A stretch of 64,000 nt of DNA, taken from Octopus bimaculoides (taxonomy: Eukaryota). The notes beneath the pieces were generated by a model. The model saw nothing but the letters and a program-made list of their open reading frames with translations, did not search any database and had not been told where the DNA came from. Below, in pieces: positions 55,304-64,000 of the stretch (positions within the stretch are counted from its first letter, which is position 1; each line of letters opens with the position of its first letter). A program made the translations under genes and the position numbers. Location of the stretch: NCBI RefSeq assembly GCF_001194135.2, contig NC_068999.1, forward strand, positions 518,151 to 582,150, written 5' to 3'.

Positions 55304-56990
55304 TATATATATATATATATATCCATATATGTATGTATATATATTTCTATCACCTCTCTCTGTGTCTCTCTCTGCCTACCGCTCTCTCCTTCCCCATCTC
55401 TCTCTGTCTATCTACCCATATCTTTGTTGATCTGTCTATCTATATGTAAACTTAATGTTCATAAAAGCAAATTTATACATATGTATATGGGTGCGTGTGC
55501 ATGTGTGTGTTAGTGTCTGTGTGCGTGTGCGTGAGTGTGGGTGTGTGTGGCTGTAGTCATATACTTATATAGACACACAAATATACATGCAAACAAATAT
55601 ACGACCATTTGCACATATCTACATAGAAAAAGAAAATATAAACGTCCATTTACTGCCTTTATCTATAAACTAATCTGTGCCATGTGTGTCATTATATATG
55701 AATATGCATACATTCATGTTTAAGTGGTCAGCTTCCTGAATGACCCGTTGGAAACACACATACATACACACACACACACACACGCACATACACACATATA
55801 GAGTCGGGTATGCATCTGCATGTATGTACTAACAGTACATGGGTATAGGCATGGACAAAGTTTTAAATGTTTCAATCTATAAATCAATCTGTCTGTCTGT
55901 CTGTCTATCTCTGTGTCTCTATCAATGCATCCATTCCTGCTTTTCTGTCTTTCTCTCTTTCTTTCTCTTTCTTTCTCTCTGTCTCTCTGCATCTGTCTGT
56001 CTGTCTGTCTGTCTGTCTGTGTGTCTGTCTGTCAGTTTGTCTGTCTGTCGGTGTCTGTACATATTCAACAAACTGCCCATTTAATCGTCTGCCTCTATAC
56101 CTCTCTACACATCTATCTTTCTACTTAACAGCCAGTCTGTCAGTTGGTCTCTTTGTATGTACTTCAATATGAATATATGTGCATGTGTGTATGCATATAT
56201 TGATTAATGTACGTAGGCACACACTTATAAGCGTACGCATCGATGCCGTGTGTGTTTATGTACAAGAGTGCTTATAAATGTGTCCTTCTTTGTTTATAGG
56301 AATATATGGCTTTATATCTATAGATCTGATAGTCGGTTTCGGTACCACAAATATATTGACGATAATAGAACTGAACAATTCGATATAAGCGCAGCAGCAA
56401 TGACGGTCTTAATACTATTTAATTCCTTCCTGGATTCTAAGCTTAAATCTAAAGAATTCTTCGACCGATCAATCAACAATTCCAAAATCATGACAGAATT
56501 ATCGGTTGTGGATCTTTTCGTTCCTGAGATTTCCATACTCCTTTCACTTTTATTCACCTTGTTCACCATTCTGGCATTTTATGTTTTTCGCAATGTATTT
56601 ATTCATTTACAGTATTTTTGTGTTCATGTTTATGTTCGGCATTTCTATCGATGTTTACTTTTATTGTTGCATAAAAAGTATGGAAGCCGATCTTTCTGTT
56701 GTTGTGACAGCGCTCTCTGCTCATCAAGGGTCATCGCTTTTATAATCCGAAGACCGTGCCTCAGTTCTCTTTCCTCTAGCAAGAAGCTTGTCCCGACCGG
56801 AAGCTGAACATGTGTTGTCATCTAAACTGCTTGAAAGGTTATCTATTAATTTCGTTTAAGTGAAAAGATGATAAAATATGAAATAAAATAAGAATGTACA
56901 TAAATATTTACTTATTTTATATGAGCAACCATTCAAATGAAAGGAGTCATACCCTTGTTTTTGCGTCATACATATCTATTATTATCATTT

Positions 56991-58095
56991 CACTGGTCAA
57001 CAAGCATTTTTCATCAAGCATATGTCAAAGTTACTTAGTGTATTTTTTAATGCTGATTTCAAATATATAATTAGTTTTTTGACATCACGTACAGATTTCA
57101 AGATGAGAAAGCTTTTTGGTTTTAGCTCATGCAATAGAGAGAAATTCCAATTAATGATGTGTTTGCATGTATTTCATTTACATCATGTTTAAAATAGACT
57201 ACATTATTCATTGCTACATAGTTCAGATGCAATATTTCATCACCTTAAATTAACCAATCAAGTTTTGTCTGATGAAATAGCTCTTTCAACATCTGAGATT
57301 GTCCAGTCATAATTGGTTTGATGAAATATTTCATCATCTCAAATTCAATAACCCATTTTATCCACTTCCTTACTTGTTGTACAGTTGAAATCGTCTTGAC
57401 GTGTTTTGTTATGTCCGTGGATAATTTATTGTGAAAGCTCAAAAACGTACAATAACACCAGAGATCAAAAAGATTTATAAGCTATACTTTGTCCTCTTGG
57501 AGATCAGGACAAGTTATGAACACCACATTTTATCTGCTCAGCTTGCTCACATGGCTTACATGACTGGTTCAATAATAAGTCCATGTCTTTTGCCATTCTA
57601 ATGATATGGAGGGAACCGAAAGACCATTTTAGTATCTGTTATTTTTGCAAAGTAAATGTCACAGGATTTTTCTATGAAGTATAAACGCAAAATTGCGTAT
57701 CACAGTTTGGATTCTGCAATGAGATCTGTGCCTCACAACAGAAGTCAGCCAATTCCAGTTCCGCCAGATGATGATGCTGACTGCCATGATAGTGCTGCTG
57801 AGGAAGATTACATGACTGATGACGATAGCTTTGAACCTCAGAAATGTCCCCATGATGAACTGAATGAGATTGTCAGAGACCTGATGAAGCAGAACTGTTG
57901 ACATCAAGACTGAAGGAGAAGTATCTACAAGAGCAAGATGTTTATACAACTTATTTTCGGCAGAGAAATATGGTTCTATAAACGTGTATTTCTGCTGAAG
58001 ACCCGCTTTGTTTTTGCAGTAACGTCGATGAACTTTTCGAATGTTTATCACAAAATCATAATCCTGCAGAGTGACGTTTGTTTATTGACTCAGGT
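56991..58095 (+). mobile_element. Truncated CMC-superfamily (Chapaev3-like) DNA transposon with a decayed transposase N-terminal half
   Basis: It starts CACTGGTCAAC at 56991. Frameshifted translation 57370-58095 reads DVFCYVRG*FIVKAQKRTIT..KIYKLYF.PLGDQDK.*TPHFICSAC...WREPKDHFSICYFCKV..GFSMKYKRKIAYHSLDSAMRSVPH..PIPVPP...ELNEIVRDL.EAELLTSRLKEK..FRQR..CSNVDELF...PAE*RLFIDS. The motifs are clearly transposase-like; the Chapaev3 label is from recall. Confidence 0.7.
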
Positions 58096-58944
58096 ACAGT
58101 ATATTCTTCCTTCAAATCCCACCAAGATCGACCTGACCTTTTATCCTTACATGGCCAATTACCCTTGTGTTCCAGCTTTCTTATCTTCCTGCTTCCTTAT
58201 AGTTTTGGAATTTTGCATCCTTCTATCTTATTCTATCATTACTCTATCATTATATCATTATAAACTTTCTTCTCTTACATTCGTGTATTCTTAAAATCCT
58301 ATTCTTAAATTGATATATACTTAGACTCCAAAACCTTTACAAACTTGTAGCCTTACAATACTTTTCCATTTTTAGATCCTCACATTCGTATATCTTTACA
58401 TATATTATCGGTGCATATATTTCTGTATTCACAAAATCTTTCCAAACGTGTATTCTCACATTGGTATATTCTTAGATTCATGCATCTTTACAGGCCTCCA
58501 TCCTTCCATTCCTATATTTCTAGATCTCTGTATCGTCACATCATACCAGAGAAGATTATATTTTTATTATAAACCTCTCAATCGTAGATAACAAAAGACT
58601 CGTATTTCGGTGTTCATTGACTATATTATCTTTCATACAGTTCAAATATGTTCTATTAAACGTAATGCACATACAATTTCACACGCATACATCGACACAC
58701 ACATACGCACATGCACTCAAGTATAGTATTATGGAAGCGAATATATATCCTTATAACTTTGTAAGAATTCTTGTATTTACTCTCGCTAACCCTCTTCATT
58801 TGCAATGTATTTATGCGTGACACGCACATATACACACACACACAAGCACACACACACACACACAAGCACACACATACACATACATAATATAAATTTATAT
58901 ATATATGTGCATATAAACATAGTTATAGAAATATACGAACGTAT

Positions 58945-58988
<44 letters not shown>

Positions 58989-60414
58989 ATATATATTTAT
59001 ATATATATATATATGCATATATATATATATATATATATATNNNNNNNNNNNNNNNNNNNNNNNNNNNNNNNNNNNNNNNNNNNNNNNNNNNNNNNNNNNN
59101 NNNNNNNNNNNNNNNNNNNNNNNNNNNNNNNNNNNNNNNNNNNNNNNNNNNNNNNNNNNNNNNNNNNNNNNNNNNNNNNNNNNNNNNNNNNNNNNNNNNN
59201 NNNNNNNNNNNNNNNNNNNNNNNNNNNNNNNNNNNNNNNNNNNNNNNNNNNNNNNNNNNNNNNNNNNNNNNNNNNNNNNNNNNNNNNNNNNNNNNNNNNN
59301 NNNNNNNNNNNNNNNNNNNNNNNNNNNNNNNNNNNNNNNNNNNNNNNNNNNNNNNNNNNNNNNNNNNNNNNNNNNNNNNNNNNNNNNNNNNNNNNNNNNN
59401 NNNNNNNNNNNNNNNNNNNNNNNNNNNNNNNNNNNNNNNNNNNNNNNNNNNNNNNNNNNNNNNNNNNNNNNNNNNNNNNNNNNNNNNNNNNNNNNNNNNN
59501 NNNNNNNNNNNNNNNNNNNNNNNATATATATATATATATATATATAAAGAGAGAGAGAGAGAGAGAGAGAGAGGCAGAGAGAGATAAAGAGATAGATAGA
59601 TAGATATAGATATATACATATCAACCCAAGTATCCACGCAAACTTACACGCATACACATGCACACATACACACATATGCCATACATAAATATTTCTCGTG
59701 TATGGAAACCCCTGTTAACCCAAACCTGTCCTGCCATTAGCTCGCCAATAGTGTGTCTATTGAATGATTAAGATAAAATCTGCCGAACGTTTCTAAGGAG
59801 AGGAGAATGTTTCTATTGAAACCATTAACTGAACAGAGATGCTGAAGCATTGAAAGGTTGCACTGGGTTCTCTGTTTTCTAGTCAGGCATTTCCTGGATC
59901 AATGGATTTGAAATGCATTCCCATCATCAGACAGAAAAACAACAATGGCTGACGGAAATCCGTGTGCATTACGTACAGTATGGAGGACAATTTTTTTTTA
60001 TTATTACATTTGTTTTTGTTCATCTGCCATTCGAGTCTCTGCAGACGATGGTATTGTGTATTGTAATGGATTATTATAATGTATAGAGTGAATAAATAGG
60101 AAGATTGATACAATATACGTATATGCATCTACATAAGTAAGATCATGCGTAAATAGGTACATATATATCCTGAAAGACAGATACATGGGAAACTGACGCC
60201 CGCCCACACACTGGCACACACACACACACACACATGTATGTGTGTACATGTAAACATATGTATCTATATTATATGTTAATCAGGCACCATGTATTGTTCG
60301 TTCAGGAAAGTTACTAAAATACCGCACTCGAAAATATCCGCTCCAGAGATTTCTTACTTTCACCGATTATACGTATATACATACATGTACACAAACACAC
60401 ACATACATATGTGT

Positions 60415-60555
60415 GTGTATAAACATATTTATCTATGATGATATATATATATGTGTATATGCCTGTATGTGTGTGCGCGTGTCTGTATGTATAAACATAT
60501 TTATCTATGATGATATATATATATGTGTATATGCCTGTATGTGTGTGCGCGTGTC

Positions 60556-60558
<3 letters not shown>
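60415..60558. repeat. Exact 72-bp tandem duplication
   Basis: aaacatatttatctatgatg...gtgtgcgcgtgtctg occurs at 60421 and again at 60493. Confidence 0.9.
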
Positions 60559-60593
<35 letters not shown>

Positions 60594-60621
60594 TAAAATA
60601 GATGGATGTGTAATAGATTTT

Positions 60622-60672
60622 ATTGGGTACAACACGTTTCGACCCATTCTGGGTCTCTTCGGGTGCATCAAT
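60622..60672 (-). ncRNA. Decayed minimal type-I hammerhead ribozyme (Penelope terminal-repeat type)
   Basis: The minus strand reads gcac-CCGAAGA-gaccca(gaa)tgggtc-GAAA-cgtgt-t-gtac, followed by AATAAA and (TA)n. Stem II is a perfect 6 bp. The core differs from CUGANGA at one base, and stem III ACGTGT is one change from palindromic ACGCGT. Confidence 0.6.
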
Positions 60673-62627
60673 AAAAAAGTCTTATTAGAGATTTCCTGAG
60701 TCGGCTTACGTATCACTATATGTCCATCAAATTCGAGAATGAGTAAAAACAGACAAATTTTCGAAACGAAAAAATTCAAATATGAACGTGAAAATTATAC
60801 GTTCTAGTATAGAGAAAATGACGTAGTGAGCGTTTATACATATGAACTTGTGGAACTATATTTGAATAACTTGTATTTGACATATGATCTTGCAATCTAG
60901 ATCTATATATGCATATATATCTGTATATCGATGCATATATATGTATATGTATGTGTGTATATATGTGTGTATATGCATATACGTGTACGTGTATGTGTAT
61001 ATATGCATATATATATATGTGTGTGTGTTTGTGTGTGTGTGCGTGTGTGCATATGTACATATTAGTGGCGTGCAATGAATTCCCCCCCCCCCCACTCGAT
61101 AATTTTTCAGTAAAAAAATGTTCGTATTCCTCCGATTTACATATGGGAGATTCTGAATATGCAATCACCTCCATATGACCAAAAATAAGCAGGGAATTAA
61201 AAAATGGCTCTGTAGAGATGAGCCTGAAATAAGTGTATTGTTTGTATTTTCATTTCTCTTTGAAACATCAGTAATTTCCCATCCTCACTCTCCCTTAAAA
61301 AAGTCTAAAAATCATAAGTGAAATGTAATAAAGAGGAAATTGGATTCTGTTAATATTTTTCCATATTTGGAATCTCTGTTAAAGGTAGGAATCCGAAAAA
61401 AATTTTCACAAAAATTCGTTTTTCAAATAGGTACGATTCTGCATTAGCCCCTACATCTATTGGCTGAGCCGAATCAATTTGAAATGATTTAATTAAGAGA
61501 ACACATTTAGTTACATTATATGGCCATGGTTTTAGATCGTTAAACTCTCGAAGACAAGTCAGGTGTTTTATCATGCTACTTGTCAATTCCGGGAAAATTA
61601 TTGATTCTCAAGCAGACTGTTCTGAGACTTACTGAACTCCGTATATTAAAAGACTACGTCTCACGCACACACATTGAAAATACATGCATATACATGAATA
61701 CACACATAATGAAAGACAGCGAAAAGTCAACATTGTAAAAATCCCCTCCAAACTGTTTTGGCAGGAGTCAACATCTCTGAGATTGCAGCAAGACACTTAT
61801 TGAAAGTGAAACAAGACACTTATTTACGGGCGTAAATAGACTACATCCAGCAGCACAGAAAGGTAAACCTATGTAGGTTAGGTTTGACGAAGAAGTCGAA
61901 CCATTTCTCTTGCGAAACAATACTGATGTAAGAAGGTCGAACCTTACGTTATAACAAACACTAACCAAAACCTGCAATATATACCCATCAATATGTTAAT
62001 TTTTTTACGTTCTAAAATATATCTATCATATTTTCATAGAAATCTCTTTTCATCAATTGTTATAATAACTCTTTTTCGATTGATATTAGTGCTAACTCAA
62101 ACAGTCATCTTTCTCCTGTCGCATTTCTTTGGAATGTTTTTATTCTACTTAATGGATCGCTCTACAGAAGCAGTGGTAAACGGAATTGTCAAAATCAACT
62201 TGCACAGATTAAAGAGTTCTGGCATAGCTTCAACAAGGTCACTGCTCTAAATGTAACTCATTAAATGACTTACTTCGCTTTTTAAAATCTTTCATTGAAT
62301 ACATCACATTGAGCTCACTTTGTAATCATATTGCATCAAAAAATCTATTCATTCAAATTAACCTGAATTTCTTGTAGTTTCGCAAATTAGGTTAATTCGG
62401 TCTTGGTCTCCCACCGTTTATAATTGATTATTTTCCATCGAAGTCTCTTTTCGAAAAACTATTTCTCAAAATATCGTTCATAACACTTATTTCGAAAAAG
62501 GCTACTTTTATATAAGAACACACGTAAACACACAATACAGAAAAATAACCTTAGTGAAATTAATTTAAGATTAATTAGCTACTTCTGAAATAAGAAAAAT
62601 AATATACATAATATTTTTTGTTTTCAG

Positions 62628-62760
62628 AACATTCCAAAAATATAACAGTGCAAACAGATGCTTTGGATTTTAAAAAAATTCAAACTTACCGACAGGTTAT
62701 TCCACCATGTAAGCTGGTTAACTCAGGAATCATGGGATTACTCTGGTTCCGGTCAGAAAG
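62628..62760 (+). CDS. Candidate coding exon (133 nt, phase 1-2) of an unidentified gene
   Basis: Very strong acceptor ttttttgttttcag| and donor AAG|GTAAGC. One frame is fully open (EHSKNITVQTDALDFKKIQTYRQVIPPCKLVNSGIMGLLWFRSE); the other two contain stops. Confidence 0.5.
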
Positions 62761-62960
62761 GTAAGCAACAATTCTACACTAACAAAGAGAGAGAGAGAGG
62801 GGGGGAGGTGTCACGTGCGTCTTCTCAAAGCAGACGAACGAGTCAGTGAGAGAGGGGGAAGGGGAAGCAGAATATTTCGAAAACACCAGGACGGAGTTTC
62901 TTTGAAACAAAAAAAAATATATATTTTATGTAATTTTCCGATGATATCGATAAAAAAAAT

Positions 62961-63198
62961 CCGAGCAGTTATCACCATGACAACGTTCTCTCTCGTGGTC
63001 ACGCGCCACACGTCTGTTTTCGAAGCTCTGCTGTAAATGGGGGAAGGGAGGTAGAAGGTTTGCGCAGCAGAGGTCAAAGTCAATCTTTGTCGAGCGAATT
63101 TACCCAACGGAATTTAGCTTCGTTTCAATTGTTACTTATTAATCAGACGTCGTATATATTTTATCTCAAGTTGTTCCTATCTCTTGTTCTTGAGCTGC

Positions 63199-63230
<32 letters not shown>

Positions 63231-63700
63231 AAAAAGAGAGCTACAATATCTGGAGGTGCAAAACCACGCATAGCAGGCTGCACATGGGAAGTAATAAACT
63301 AGGAGCTGTAAGACTTGATATTCCTAAAAAAACGTCTGAACCACTCGTAGACTCTGTCTGCGTCTCATACACCCTCCCCCTTCCATATTCTTTCTGCAAC
63401 TTGGCGTAGGTCTCCGAGCAGTCATCACCATGACAACGTTCTCTCTCGTGGTCACGCGCCACACACCTGTTTTCGAAGAACTGCTGTAAATGGGGGAAGG
63501 GAGGTAGAACGTTCAACGTAGGTCGTATTCGCAGTTATAGGTCAAGGTCAAACTGTGCCAAGCGAACTTACCCCGAGTAATTTGACCTTCGTTACAATTG
63601 TTACTTATTAATCAGACTTCGCATATATTTTATCTGAAGTTTTTTCTATCTATTGACCTGGAGCTGCTATAATAATAACAACAACAACAACAATAATAAT
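62961..63700 (+). repeat. Two head-to-tail copies (62961-63230, 63414-63700) of an unclassified ~240-255-bp element, each ending in (TAA)n
   Basis: Near-identical 5' blocks ccgagcagt.atcaccatgacaacgttctctctcgtggtcacgcgccacac and 3' blocks caattgttacttattaatcagac..gagctgcta(taa)n. Confidence 0.85.
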
Positions 63701-64000
63701 AATAATAGTAATGATAATTGTAATAATAAAAAGTATAGTTTGAGCAAGATAATCGGTTGGTACAACTACCGAATATTCTCGTGAATATATCAGCCTGATA
63801 CGGTATGAGACAATTTTAATTGGGGAGCAAGAATTCCCAGAGGTCTGCTATTCAGTTCTCTGTCTATTCAGTTAGACTCGCAATAAATGGAAAATAGTAT
63901 TTACTCGATTTGACAGTGGGATCGAACCTAAGGAATCTTGTTTCTGAAGCGATCTTCTGAAAAATTATACTCAGTCTGGTAAGAAAGGAACGGCAAATTC

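Noticed and set aside
61765-61862. 98-nt segment with good acceptor and donor
   Set aside because: Stops occur in all three frames, and it contains a small internal direct repeat (caagacacttatt twice).
63905-63960. tRNA-like B-box on the minus strand (gggatcgaacc); similar ones at 1740, 30025 and 42770
   Set aside because: No cloverleaf can be formed. These are SINE heads, not tRNA genes.

Overview
This is eukaryotic, AT-rich DNA dense in microsatellites ((TA)n, (CA)n, (CT)n, (TAA)n, (GATA)n, (ATC)n), with about 19 N-gaps that mostly abut (TA)n tracts. From memory, the SINE families and repeat landscape match a coleoid cephalopod (Octopus-like); this is inferred, not searched. Almost all ORFs in the supplied track are translations of microsatellites or N-gaps. 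The interpretable content is decayed mobile DNA. It includes tRNA-derived SINEs of about three families and 3' fragments of R4/Dong-like, Tx1/L1-like, RTE and CR1/L2-group LINEs. There is also a Penelope-like element with a GIY-YIG domain, and several Penelope-type terminal-repeat ends carrying decayed minimal hammerhead-ribozyme cores. DNA transposons comprise a DD37D (maT) Tc1/mariner deletion derivative, a mariner MITE, a mariner N-terminal relic, a Chapaev3/CMC-like transposase relic and a probable Helitron 3' end. Several plus-strand segments with strong splice sites and compatible phases (best: 53835-53871 and 62628-62760) suggest the window may lie mostly in large introns of an unidentified gene. 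No rRNA, functional tRNA, CRISPR array or intact autonomous element is supported.
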